Of a stretch of 64,000 nucleotides of DNA, positions 22,197 through 35,462 are shown in pieces. The stretch is from Mytilus trossulus. Its lineage: Eukaryota. The translations under genes were made by a program, and so were the position numbers. The stretch covers positions 61,566,001 to 61,630,000 of the forward strand of contig NC_086381.1 of assembly GCF_036588685.1 (NCBI RefSeq). Direction: 5' to 3'. The stretch's first letter is position 1, and every line of letters starts with the position of its first letter. The notes beneath the pieces are model-generated. The model ran no database searches and was not told the origin of the DNA. It worked only from the letters and a program-made list of their open reading frames with translations.

Positions 22197-24844
22197 TTTT
22201 TAAGATAAATGTTTGCAAGTAAATGCATAGTTTCTGTGTTATATTTTCTAAACCAAATCTGGTGTTGTTTTTGTTTGTGGCATTATTCTTAAATTTTTAG
22301 ATAATGGTAGTTAAATTACTTACGTTGTTTCTTAAAATTAGGTAGAACAAAATAACTGCATAACATGCGAACATGTCTTCAACACATACATTCACATGTC
22401 ATATCATTTAGCCTTAACTTTAAAGTCACTGTGTGTATTTGATTTAAGACTACAGTAAAAGATCTTATTGGTAAAATTTTGTTAATCAATTTGATACGAG
22501 TTTAAGCATAGTTGTCACCTGTTGTCGTTTATTTGCTCGTTTAACTGCTTAAAATTTCTAAAGTTAACTTGGAAAGTGTGCTTCGTGTTTACCTTTGTAC
22601 ATGTTAGGGCTGTACCTAGCTGTAGGTATTTATTCCTGCTGATAAATCTTGGTTTTCGAAAGTGGTGATAGAGTCCGACTGTCAATGAACAATAGGATAA
22701 TCTGTTTCATTCAAATAATTTGTTTAAGGTTTTGTGACAGCAAAGGCAGACTTAGTGGGTTTCGTAATCATTTTTTTTTTCTGGGGTAAAGAAATAACTT
22801 TGATAACTAACGACACACGTTTTATATCTGAATTCCACTTGAAGCATGCAACAACGCACAGTTCGAACTTAGCTGTAAAACATTTATGTGTACTGCTAAA
22901 GTCAACACAGTTCTGCTTAAAGAGTCTTTTTCTACTGTTAATAAATCAAAAGTATGTTATACCTCATAACTATGTCATGTCTGCACTAGAACAATGTTTT
23001 TGATTTGGATTTTGAAATAAATTGGAAGCTGTTCCCATACGAATCCAATTCAAGAGTCAAATAACATATAGCTACTTCTTATTTAAGATTAAATATACTT
23101 TTTTAAGATAAATGTTTGCAAGCAAATGCATAGTTTCTGTTTTATATTTTCTAAACTAAATCTGGTGTTGTTTTTGTTTGTGGGATTATTCTTAAATTTA
23201 TAAATAATGGTGGTTAAATTACCTACTTTGTTTCTTAAAATTAGGTAGAACAAAATAAATGCATAACATGCGAACATGTCTTCAACACATACATTCACAT
23301 GTCAAATCATTTAGCCTTAACTTTAAAGTCACTGTGTGTATTTGATTTAAGACTACAGTAAAAAGTAAAATCACAAAAATACTGAACTCAGAGGAAAATC
23401 AATTTGGAAAGTCCATAATCACATGGCAAAATCAAAAAACAAAACGCATCAAAAACGAATGGACAAGAACTGTCATATTCCTGACTTGGTACAGGCATTT
23501 TCAAATGTAGAAAATGGTGGATTAAACCTGGTTCTATAGCGCTAACCCTCTCACTTTAATAACAGTCTCATCAAATTCCGTTACATTTACATGATGCGTT
23601 AAATAAACAGTCACAATCAATAAAATAGTCAAAATATGGGAACATCAGTCATCATCGTATAACAATTTAACAGGACACAACAACATCTACTATCTACGAA
23701 CACATGGATTGATTTGAGTGTCTGACGTCAGAAAAATTATATACGTCACATAAATTTGTCGTTCAATGTGCATACAATAGTTATCCAAAGTACCTGGATT
23801 ATAAACAATTTTAAATATGAGCGCAGACAGGGTTAAAAAATCAAAAGTATGTAAGAATAAATTACAGAAATCAAACTAGTCCAAAAGATATACATAGAAT
23901 TTATGAGAATCCAAAACTTTTAAAAGGAACAATTTAACAGGACACAAAAACCTATCCACGAACACATGGATCTACTTGAGTGTCCGACGTCAGAAAAATT
24001 ATATACGTCACATAAATTTGTCGTTCAATGTGCATACAATAGTTATCCAAAGTACCTGGATTATAAACAATTTTAAATTTTACATAGGCAATGAGCGCAG
24101 ACAGGGTTAAAAAATCAAAAGTATGTAAGAATAAATTACAGAAATCAAACTAGTCCAAAAGTTATACATAGAATTTATGAGAATCCAAAACTTTTAAAAG
24201 ATCTTATAAGTAAAATTTTTGTTATTCAATTTGAAACGAGTTTAAGCATAATTGTCACCTGTTGTCGTTTATTTGCTCGTTTGTCTGCTTAAAATTTCTA
24301 AAGTTAGCTTGGAAAGTCTGCTTCGTGTTTACCTTTGTACATGTTAGGACTGTACCTAACTGTAGGTATTTATTCCTGCTGATAAATCTTGGTTTTCGAA
24401 AGTGGTGATAGAGTCCGACTGTCAATGGACAATAGGATAATCTGTTTCATTCAAATATTTTTTTTAAGGTTTTGTGACAGCAAAGGCAGACTTAGTGGGT
24501 TTATTTTTTTTTTCTTTCCTGGGGTAAAGAAATAACTTTGATAACTAACGACACACGTTTTATATCTGAATTCCACTTGAAGCAAGCAACAATGCACAGT
24601 TTGCACTTAGTTGTAAAACATGTATGTGTACTGCTAAAGTCAACACTGTTCTGCTTTAAAAGTCTTTTTCTACTGTTACAGTAAATAAATCAAAAGTATG
24701 TTATATCTCATAACTATTTCATGTCTGCACTAGAACAACTTTTGTTTTTATTTGGATTTTGAAATATATTGGAAGCTGTTCCCATACGAATCCAATTCAA
24801 GAGTCAAATAACATATAGCTACTTCTTATTTAAGATTAAATATA
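22197..24844. repeat. ~900-bp tandem duplication; second unit interrupted by an ~840-bp insertion
   Basis: 22197-23097 matches 23099-23360 plus 24197-24844 with scattered substitutions. Confidence 0.9.
23361..24196 (+). mobile_element. Helentron/HINE-like insertion with an internal ~270-bp tandem duplication
   Basis: Absent from the first duplicate unit, whose empty site is CAGTAAAAGATC. Inserted in an A run (TT on the other strand) without a clear TSD. 23661-23930 is repeated at ~23930-24196. Confidence 0.8.
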
Positions 24845-25669
24845 ATTTATGTACTGCATTGACTTTGAAAAAATATGTATTTCGATTTATGTCGTAATTT
24901 ACAAACCATCACAAACTGGCTTATCCATGTAAAAAGTGTGATGTCAGGCAGTGTGCCGGCCTAAATAAAAATGGTGCTCAATTTGTAGTGTTTAGTCAGA
25001 CTATGGTTTTCAACCAAAATACCGGAAACGTCAAAGACAAAATGAAACACACATAGAATTATAATATGCTTGTGTTTATCTTTCAATTTTTGAAATCGAT
25101 TTTTGTATATTATTTTAACATCAATTTCCTTTTTTTTTTCTTCTTTTTAAGTAAACTCCGTTGAAAAACTAGCACACTAAATAGCGTGTGTGGGTGTTTC
25201 TTAAGTAAACTTTTGAATATTGACAGATAAAAAGAACACACAATCCGCATTAATTTAGAAAATTTACCACAAATTTATCTTAATAAAAAATATCATCACC
25301 ATGTAAAGACATATTCAGCTCCTGTACAATGTAGAACTTAAAACTGGTGTCGAAAAGAAGGTAAACTTTTGGTTTTCTGTAATTGATTAATATTTAGAAT
25401 TGGTCTCATTCGAACGCCATGCATATGTCATTTCAGATTCCAACAATTAGCATGGTACTTTTAATGAATGTATTTTAAGCATGCTTTTGATGTTCATGTT
25501 TTGGATTACAGATACGCTCCCAAATAAAATAAGACTTAACTTGTAATATTGTGATATTTAAATATTTGTCTATCATAGGAAAACGTCTGCATGACTTGAA
25601 CATAACTGTTGGACCAACAGAGAATGAAATGAAAGTGTGTGCTCATTACGTAGGACCGGCTAAACTCTT

Positions 25670-26785
25670 AATAGTAATAATAGTAACAATTTCTATAGCG
25701 CCCTATATAACAATAAAATCACTCTAAGGCGCTTTACATATATATATATACATGATAAAAATATAATAAGTTAACCACAAAACAAAATGAAATAAAAAAT
25801 GTTATGTTTAAAAGAACTAAAAACGTATATATGAAAGATATATGAACATAAATTATTATATTGATAGAAAAATAAAAGAATTAAAATCAATAATAAGTAC
25901 CAAAAAAGATATTAAAACATAGAAAGCGAAAATATATTTAAAATTTAGCAGAAAGATTATAATAAATAATTGAAATGGTCATGAAAACTTTTGCTAGAAT
26001 AAAAATTGTACGAAGAAAACAAAAAACAGAAATCACAGCACATTTTCAAATAAAATTAAAGGAATAAGAATTAAGATAACAGCTTATTAAACGCAAGTCT
26101 GTAAAAATATGTCTTCAATTGTTTTTTAAAACACTGAACAGATTTAGAGTGACGAATTTGTACAGGTAGACTGTTCCATAGGGTAGCGGCAGCACGATTA
26201 AATTGTCTTTCACCGTACGTTTTTGTTCGGACATGTGGCAGTTTAAGTCTAAGGCTGCCCTCTGATCGTAGTGCCTTAGTTGTTGTTTGGATATGTAATA
26301 GTTCCTGTATATAGTCCGGGGCAGTTCCTTGCAGTGCCGTGTACGTATAGACAAGGATTTTGAACTTTGGCCGGAATTCAACAGGGAGCCAGTGCAGTCC
26401 AGCGAGAATAGGTGTAATGTGTTCTCTTTTCCTAGTTTTCGTAACAAGACGGGCTCCAGTGTTCTGAACTCTCTGTAACCTTTCAATTTGACACTTGTTA
26501 ACGCCGAGGAGTAAACTATTTGCGTAGTCAAGTCTGGAAGTTACAAGGGAATTAACCAGAGTTTTAAAAGCATCCGTAGAGATGAAATGTCGGATTCGTC
26601 CAATGTTGCACAGATGGTATTTACACGATTTTACGATAGACGCAACTTGTTTTTCCATGGTAAGACGGCTGTCAAAATAAACACCAAGATTACGTACCGA
26701 TGTGACACTATTGATTACATTTTCACCTACTTTAAGTTGGAAAACAGGCATGTTCTTCGACTGATGTTTCGATGAAAAGACGAGT
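25670..26785 (-). mobile_element. 5'-truncated L2/Crack-type (CR1 superfamily) LINE: RT C-terminus, 3' UTR and tail
   Basis: ORF 26071-26751 encodes VRNLGVYFDS..LVTSRLDYANSLL..HITPILAGLHWLPV. The 3' end has an AGCGCC...GGCGCT stem followed by a TAT/TAC short-repeat tail. Confidence 0.9.
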
Positions 26786-28837
26786 TTAAATGCTTACATG
26801 ACGATATACGTTATGTGAAATTGATGATTAAAGACAAAGAAATATTGCACATTGTAGAAGTCAAAGTATATGCATGGTAAATAAGTCGAAAGCAAATGTT
26901 TTTGTCTATTTATAGCATGTTGATGTTTTGTTTTCAAAATTTATGATATCAAATTAAACTAGTAGAATTGGTTAACTAAGTTCTGTAATAGTTATCCCCC
27001 AAGGACGCAGTGTGTCAGTGTAAGATCACCCCAATGGCCAGCTGTTTTAGATTAAACGAGAAACCATTTACATTTCATAAAATCTAGTTTAGAACAACAC
27101 ACAACCATTAGAATATACTTTATATATTACTATATAATGTATACCCCTTATGACCTCCAAACACGATGATCAAACAATGTCAAATGGCCCCACTTGCCAC
27201 ATTTGTTCGTATCCAGTCATTCTGGTGTAATGGTATGTGTCGTGGCTTAAAATGCTAAAGGTCTTGAGTTCGAATTCCAGCATATACACTGGATTTTATC
27301 CTCATGAATTTTGATAGATAGTCTTTTCCGTATAATTAATTATAAGGTTTATAGTGGATTTGACATTCCCGCCAAAATATTACAGAACAAAGGAAAGCAT
27401 GCATAAAAAAGAAACTTAAACTGGGGTAATCTGGTAGGGGTGATCCGGCTCAAATCAACCCTGTTAGAACAAAGGAGCTGGGATGTAATCTGTTTGCTCA
27501 ATGTTAGATAATTCTGGTTAATTTTCACAACATTTGATCATTATTGGGAGATAATATAATTCCCTCTAAATCATTTGATATAAGTTTGAAGTTTTTGAAA
27601 TGAAGTTTTGGTTATGGTTTTCTGTTTTTTTTTGTGGATGTTGGTACATGTATGTACATCGGATGCGTGTGTTTGTGTTTGTGTTATTGATTATTAAACA
27701 TAAGACATTTATTTGTTTTCTGTTATTATCATATACACACGTTTAATACATTAAATACGTTCGCAAGTAGCAGGATAAAAGCAATTGGAGTTATTGATTG
27801 TTGAAGGCCGAACGGTGACCTATAGTTGTTAATGTCTGTGTTATTTTGGTCTTTTGTGGGTATTTGTTTCATTGGCAATCATACCACATCTTCGTTTTTA
27901 TATTCCCTCATGTTTACGCATGCTGTGGCATTTAGGTCCTCCGTAAACCCTCTTATGGTCATTGCGAATCAAAATATAGCTTTAGTATCAACGGTCATTT
28001 TTTTTCATATTTATTTCACTATTCACCGCTTCAATTTGAATAATGAAACATAAACATGATAAACTATTTCATTATTGATTATTCATATTTTGATATTGAA
28101 TAATGAATAGTGAACTATTTCATTATTCATTTTTGAATAATGAACTATGAATAATGGACGTACTTCAGCGCGGTAAAATATTCATCTACCAATATTGACA
28201 CTTTGCTGTTTTAGAGCATATAACAATCAGCTTATAACATGTATAAAGCGAAATAATTACATAAAAAAACAAGAGCGAATCTCGAGACAAATTTATTCTG
28301 ATGATACATAGCGACAATATGAAATCACAAAAATGTAATCAATGACTCCTATGTACACTTCATTTTAAAGATGTTTACAAGTTCTGATAACAAGATAATT
28401 GCATTTAAATTAATGTCACGAAAGGCGATATATTACAATAATTGCGACTTTTAATCCATTTTTCATTTTCATTCATACGTACATGTAAACTATTATCCGC
28501 TATCAAGTTTTTCTCCTATCACATATCTTCGCGCATTATCTCCCGCTACGACATTCAATATGGAGTCAGAATCCAACTTCAAGGTAGCTACATCGGTGTT
28601 GGTGGGATAGGATACATGTACCTATACGATTCAAAAATAGAAAAACATGTCAAATTAAATAAAAATGCATTTGCTAACCATCTAACAAAGCTTTAATCGA
28701 TAAAATTATGTTAAAAATCAATATAAATTGCAAAATTTAAAAATGACTAAAGACATGTCTGTATGAAAAGTAGTACATAATCTAATGCAATGTTCTTCTT
28801 GTTTTCAAACAAAAGCTCATGTTCATGAACAAGGACA

Positions 28838-29151
28838 ATAGTTATCAAAGGTACCAGGATTATAATTTTTAGAATTCGCCAGACTCGCGTTTCGTCTACA
28901 TAAACTCATCAGTGACGCTCAGATCAAAATAGTTATAAAGCCAAATAAGTACAAAATTGAAATGCATCGATACCCAAAATTCCTTAAAATGACTGTATGG
29001 CTAATGTAATTTATACCTGGGAGAAGAACATCCTTAGTTTTTTTTCGAAAATACAAAGTTTTTTAACAGGAAATTTATGAAAACGACTATATAATTGATA
29101 TTCGTGTCAACACCGAAGTGCTGACTACAATGTACTACTGGGCTGGTGATA
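28838..29151 (-). mobile_element. Retrozyme/Penelope-type repeat, near monomer length
   Basis: Reverse-strand homologue of 10741-10903 that extends further 5'. Confidence 0.75.
28877..28918 (-). ncRNA. Minimal type I hammerhead ribozyme
   Basis: The minus strand reads GCGTCA-CTGATGA-GTTTATGTAGAC-GAAAC-GCGA-GTC^TGGCG. Core intact, stem II fully paired. Confidence 0.85.
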
Positions 29152-29416
29152 ACATGATCACTTACTTAATAATATTATTTTCTAAATATAGTATTTCCGG
29201 ACAGTGAAATAGTCTTGACTGAATTAAGACTTTGATATCACTAGAGAATTATGTCTATATTTATAATACTATACTTTCAATGTGAATCATTGCAAATACC
29301 TGTATCACATACATGTATTTTCTTAGATGACCTAAAATTACCATTGAACCTGACCTAGATGATTCACCTTAAGCAAATATATAAGGTCTAAACCAATGAC
29401 TTAAACAAATATATCT

Positions 29417-29880
29417 AACAAGAATGTGTCCACAGTACACGGATGCCCCACTCGCACTATCATTTTCTATGTTTAGTGGACCGTGAAATTGGAATAAATT
29501 TTTAATTTGGCATTAACATTAGAATTATGTTATCAAAGGGAACATGCACACTAAGTTTCAAGTTGATTGGACTTCTACTTTATCAAAAACTACCTTGACC
29601 AAAAACTTTAACATGAAATTTGCACTATCATTTTCTATGTTCAGTGAACCGTAAAATTGGGGTCAAAACTCTAATTTGGCATTTAAATTAGAAAGATCAT
29701 ATCATAAGGCACATGTATACTAAGTTTAAAGTTGATTGGACTTCAACTTCATCAAAAACTACCTTGACCAAAACTTTAACCTGAAGCGGGACAGACGGAC
29801 GGACGCACAGACGGACGAACGAACGGAGGCACAGACCAGAAAACATAATGCCCCTCTATTATCGTAGGTGGGGCATTAAA
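29417..29880 (+). mobile_element. HINE/DTC84-like non-autonomous element with two ~168-bp internal repeats
   Basis: AACAAGAATGTGTCC head, duplicated GCACTATCATTTTCTATG unit, GGAC/GACG microsatellite and terminal ATGCCCC...GGGGCAT hairpin followed by an A run. Confidence 0.8.
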
Positions 29881-30119
29881 ATAGGAAAACAATAAACTTA
29901 CTCTCTTTTTTCAAAGTAATTGTCATAGCATGGATTCCTGTAAATAAAATATATTTTTTTGTGAAGAAAGTGAAAAAAAGTCAAAATACTTGTAACTATT
30001 CTTTTAAAATTTGAACTTGAAAACAATCCTTTAATTTATTAGTAAATTTAACGAAAAAAGGCAAAATCTAGAAATGGAGTGATCATTTTGGGCGTCATTT
30101 ACGGAATAACTGTAATATT

Positions 30120-30242
30120 TTTCTCTGTCTAGTATGAAAATATAACATAACAAATGTGGTGCACACATAATTACCAGTGAAGCGGGTTATTTTTAATGTG
30201 TGCACCACATATTTGATATTCTTTCGAATAGACAGGAAAAAC
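30120..30242. repeat. Foldback element fragment
   Basis: TGTGGTGCACACA ... TGTGTGCACCACA inverted arms, with further outer pairing (CTGTCTA/TAGACAG). Confidence 0.55.
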
Positions 30243-31096
30243 AAATAATTTTAAGGCGCGGTAATTCATGAGAAAAGGTTGGTGACGTTACAGTCACATG
30301 GCAGACTTATGTTTATGAGATGATAGATAAACACTTTCAGCCATTCAAATGATGTATTACATCCAAAATTAAATTATATTGCTATCATAGTCAAAATAAC
30401 TTTAAAAATTGATTTGTACACCGTTTACATCTTTACAAAATGGTTTTCTTTTCTTGAGAAGTATGGGCATATATACACATATAGATCATATAATTTTGCA
30501 ACTTAAATATCTAGATTAGATCATTTTGCAACCTGAATATCTAGATATATATCATTATTTTTATTTTTTTGGAATAAGCAATGATTGAATTTGACGAATG
30601 TTCCCCGACACTGCACTATGTTGTTAGTGCTCTGAAACCAGCGACAATAGGGTTTTGATTGAATTTCAATCAATTTTTACCCAGAAAAAATAACTTGCAA
30701 TTCTAGCTAAGACTTATCAAAATCAAATACAATTTTATCAAAGCATACTCAGTAGTTTTTTCTGAAAAGAATAGAATGATTCTATTTTGGATATTTTCTA
30801 GCAGAAATCCAACTGGAGGTACTCGTAAGAGCACACAAAACTGATAAATTACATGTTATAACTGAAATTGAATGGATAAGTATTTTAGTGTATGTGGACT
30901 TCCTTGTATAGGAATACAAATGTACTGCTATCAAACAATTGTCTTCCCTTACTCTTAATACACCAACATTTTTTCGAACGTAGTGACCTTAACTAATAGA
31001 CATTCCCTTAAAATATTAGCCGCTGTAAAGCAAACTCAAGAAGAAAAAAAAACATGACGAAAGAATGTATACAAAGTAACATGCACTCACAAACAT

Positions 31097-31382
31097 GTTT
31101 AACCCCGCCGCATTTTTGCGCCTGTCCCAAGTCAGGAGCATCTGGCCTTTGTTAGTCTTGTATTATTTTTATATTAGTTTCTTGTGTACAATTTGAAAAT
31201 TAATATGGCGTTCATTATCACTGAACTAGTATATATTTGTTTAGGGGCCAGCTGAAGGACGCCTCCGGGTGCGAGAATTTCTCGCTACATTGAAGACCTG
31301 TTGGTGACCTTCTGCTGGTGTTTTTTTATTTGGTCGGGTTGTTGTCTCTTTGACACATTCCCCATTTCCATTCTCAATTTTA
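31097..31382 (-). mobile_element. Abundant dispersed non-autonomous repeat (HINE-like)
   Basis: Contains CCTGTCCCAAGTCAGGAG, the reverse complement of the CCTGACTTGGGACAGG-type motif shared by several repeats in this window. Confidence 0.6.
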
Positions 31383-33516
31383 CTAAAAGGTTAATTATAA
31401 TAATTATTGGTTATTAATTAAAAAGACCAATTCATTTTACAACTGTTTTTGGAAAAGTTTTATTAACAAATGGGAAATCATAGATAGCTCTAAATAAGAT
31501 TAAAACAACACTCAAATTTAAACTTCAATGCATATGTTATGAAAGGATTTAGGACACTTTTAGAAATAATTAAAATTTGAAATAAAATAGAGCTAATTAA
31601 AATAAAAATTGTATGTTTCAAATTTATTAAGTCAGTTAAAAGTAAACAGAATATAAAGTCAAATAATTCATTGGCACAAGAAAATATAACAAAAAGAAAC
31701 TACAATCAAAAGAATTTATGATTCATAAGAGTAACAGACATTAGATAAGATACAAGATCATGCTTAAAATAGAAGTCAAGAATCTTGATTAAAGGTTAAG
31801 TAACAGCCTTTAGAAGTTGATAGGTCGACGGACAGATGTATGTCGAATTGATTTTACAGCCAAGGTTATAACCATACTCACAGAATGTGTAGATACTACA
31901 GCATCATGAATATTCAGTAATACATTTAGGCACACAAGATTGTATAAATAACCAATCAAAAAGTTTAGATACGAAGATTGGCGTACACAAGATATTAATT
32001 AAAATTTAACAAATCTTTAATTATCAATTATAATGAAGATCAAAAATTGAAATTCTTCCAAAAATATTATTTTATTTAATTTAAGAAATAAAAGTCCAAA
32101 TGCTTTTCAAAAACAAATAAATACATTTTGCATATTATGAAGCAATAAATGTTTTGGCAACACATTCCATCATTACAAAAGAGGCTCAATCTTGTCTGGG
32201 GAACAGGAATGTCGGGTAATGAGTAGTGACTATAAAAGCAAATATAAGTCTACTGCCCGTACATTACATTATAATCCTTGTTCCAACCAGCAAATTGAGT
32301 TGTCTTATTTATTTCATTAAAAAGGTAAGTTATATAATGTTAATTAAAGTAATTTAATAAAATAAATTAATAGCAAATTTATAGGAAATAATTCAATAAA
32401 TATAATAAGTTTAATTCGAGCAATATTTGAAATAGAAATATATTTGTTATTGTCAAATGATAATCTTATTGTTAATCTGTATGATTTATGCACTGTAATA
32501 TTTTACGATCAAAAAGAAAAAGAAACATTACATTACATTACATTACAATCCTTGTTCCAACCAGCAAATTGAGTTGTCTTATTTATTTCATTAAAAAGGG
32601 TAAGAAGGCGCGAGTCCCACTCTCGCTGCCAAGCAAGTCCACAACAACGACATGTAGTCCCCAAATGTCCAAACATCCTTCTACCTTAGAAGAACTCAGA
32701 AAACGAGAGAAGGCAAAACAACATCGTGTTATCAATAAAGAAAACAACAAAGACAACCCATAATCACAACATCGTAACAAGTGACAACCATGTTCAGTTT
32801 TCAACAACAATATAAGAAAATCACGTCACAACACATACAGTGGTTTTGAAAGAAATGTTATCAATTCTCCTTTCAATGACTAACTACTATCACAACAGGT
32901 AAAGTGTCCGGCTAGGATCTTGTTTTTCAGAGTGATTTGGTCCTTTTTTGTCGAGTGTAGTTCGGGCTTTTTCGGGTGATAAGACATGCGATAAGTTCAA
33001 TTAACGGATATTTTGTAATTATAAGTGTTTTTAACATTACTACCCATCTTATATTGAATACTTTATATGTTTTGAGCAACAAAGAAGCACAATTTCCTGG
33101 TATTTAATCAAAACAACCATTGTTTGTTATTGTACGGGTTCTTTCGAGAACAGCTTTGAAATCGTCCGGGTTTTTAGACAAATGGTCCGGGTTTTTTTTA
33201 CAGAAAATTTAAATAAGAAAAAAGGTATTCTAGACTTTTAAAGATGTCTTTTTTCTAAGTTTTAACTGTAATTAAGTGAAGGACAATATCATATATTCCC
33301 AATAAGTTATCAAAAGCATATCAAATGGATCTTCTTTTCAATTTGATGCAAATTTTCTGTTTGGAAAGCGTTATACAACAACTTGCCAGTGTTCATTTAG
33401 AAATTACATGATCCTTAACAAAACGGTGTCTAGAAAATAATGCAGGCCACTCATATTCATTCTAACTGCATTTCATGCTACTTTAGATTTTACAGTTAGT
33501 GATATTTCTTGTGGTG

Positions 33517-33661
33517 AACTCTAGAAAATTAATAAAAGAAACCTATTAATAAATAAACTCCGGTAATTAATAAAAAACACCTATTAATAAATGACCTCCG
33601 GAAATTAATAAAGAAACTATTAATGAATGAACTCCGGAAATTAATAAAATAAACCTATTAA
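33517..33661. repeat. ~38-bp minisatellite, about 4 copies
   Basis: Unit approximately AACTCCGGAAATTAATAAAGAAACCTATTAATAAATG. Confidence 0.75.
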
Positions 33662-35227
33662 CAAAAAAAAACTAAAAAAAACACCACACACACCTAATTC
33701 ATCCTATTTAAATCAAATCAACAATGAAATGAATAGTTCATTGGCCTAAATATGATAATTTAGCAATGATAGACAAATAAAAAATGTGTATATTATATGC
33801 TATCACCAGCTAACGCATAATCAGACTTCTCCTCACAGTTGTAGCATTTAGTAATTTTCAGTTTCCATTTCGTAAATAAAAAAATAAATAATACAAGATA
33901 CAAGAAAAATAATAAATGAAATTATACTCTTTTAAAAACAAACATATAACTCATCTCATATTACGTTTCAATTCGAATTATCTATGCGTGTGTTCCGGAC
34001 CATATGAGAAATATGACCATATGCGTATACTCATATGGTATAAACTGTACACGTATGGTCGGACCATATGATAGATATAGGAAGATGTGGTATGACTGCC
34101 AATGAAACAAGTCTCAATCCAACTAACAATTCATAAAAGTAAACCATAATAGGCAAAGGTACGGCCATCAACACGGGGCATTGGCTCATAACGAACAACA
34201 AGCTATAAAGGGCCCCTAAAATTACTAGTTCAAAACCATGCAAACGGGAAAACTAACATTATGATATATATATAAACAAGAGGCTTTGAAGAACTGAGAA
34301 GATTTTTAAATCATCGTTAGCAAACATGATGAAACAAATGTGTAAAATTGTCTTTAAAGAGCAATAACTCCTTAAAGGGTCAATTCACAATTTTTTGTAG
34401 ATACTAATTTGCTGAACATCATTGTTGCCTACAGTTTATGAAATGTAATAATTTTATAGTTCAAAGGCTACTCAAAACAGCACAAGTTACAAGTTGAGAC
34501 ACATTGACTTTCAATTAATTGTCTTAATATGGGTGTATCTGTTTTTGTATGTTGCTAGTATTAATTTTAAACTCTTTATTATATTTACATGTTTTTGTTA
34601 GTTAGTAAAACAGTTGAACTCTCGTTTAGCAGTTTATTAAGACATTTTTGGAAGTTATCTTCCAAGTCGACATTTTGCTATTCAGTAAAAGTTATCCCAT
34701 GAGGTCCAAATACTTATATGGTTTGGAACAGTCACATTATATTGTTGACATCACGGATATATACTTTACATGCATTTTTTAAGATGTGAAAAAACTAATA
34801 TACACAAATGAACGGTATGTTTATAAAAAGCAAGTGTTGATACACCATGTGCCTTGAAAGTACTTAATTTGACCCTTTATTTTATAGTTTTTAAACGTAA
34901 ACACATAATATTTTTAGCTATTAGAAATGTGTAAAATCACTTGATAAAAAAAAGAACTCATTCGAAAAAGCCCGGACCGCTCTCGAAAAAACCCGGACAT
35001 GAAAAATTGAATTTAGTCTCTAAATGTCGTTTTCAGTGCAATAACTATAGTTGTTTTTATTAAAGTGTCTGTATATCTAAGAATATATAGATTCTATTTA
35101 TGCATTTTTGTCGACATTTGCATTGGTATGTGTAAGAAAACGGTTCTCATCTGTATTTTGGAACAAAAGCATTTTAAGGCTAAATTTAACTATTTTAACG
35201 AAAAGCAATGTCAGAATGATACTATCT

Positions 35228-35462
35228 TTATATCTCAAATACTAACATATCATGTATAAGTGGTGCTCCATAATAGTACTCTGGAGGGGGTCTTACGTGT
35301 GGTACTCTTTCTCTCATAAATGAATGCTTTGGAACTCTTGCAGGTGGCAGAGGTCGTCTTTCATAAGGATTTGGATATGTTCTCAATCTGTATCTATCAA
35401 AAACCCGTATTCCCATTGGTGGTGGAGGCAGGTATTTAGGTCTTGATCTTTCGTTATACATC
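35228..35462 (-). CDS. Chimeric gene exon 6: Pro/Tyr/Arg-rich, Lark/RBM4-tail-like
   Basis: tatatag| acceptor, phase 2, in frame. Encodes PPPPMGIRVFDRYRLRTYPNPYERRPLPP..RPPPEYYY. May instead splice at AT|gttagt (~35246) to a further exon. Confidence 0.65.

Noticed and set aside
13153-23488. Identical direct repeats as the LTRs of the Gypsy element
   Set aside because: They lack TG...CA ends, the left copy lies downstream of the PBS, and the right copy is the start of a separate insertion.
27212-27285. tRNA-like A/B boxes (TGGTGTAATGG, GTTCGAATTCC)
   Set aside because: No complete cloverleaf; at most a degenerate SINE head, not a tRNA gene.
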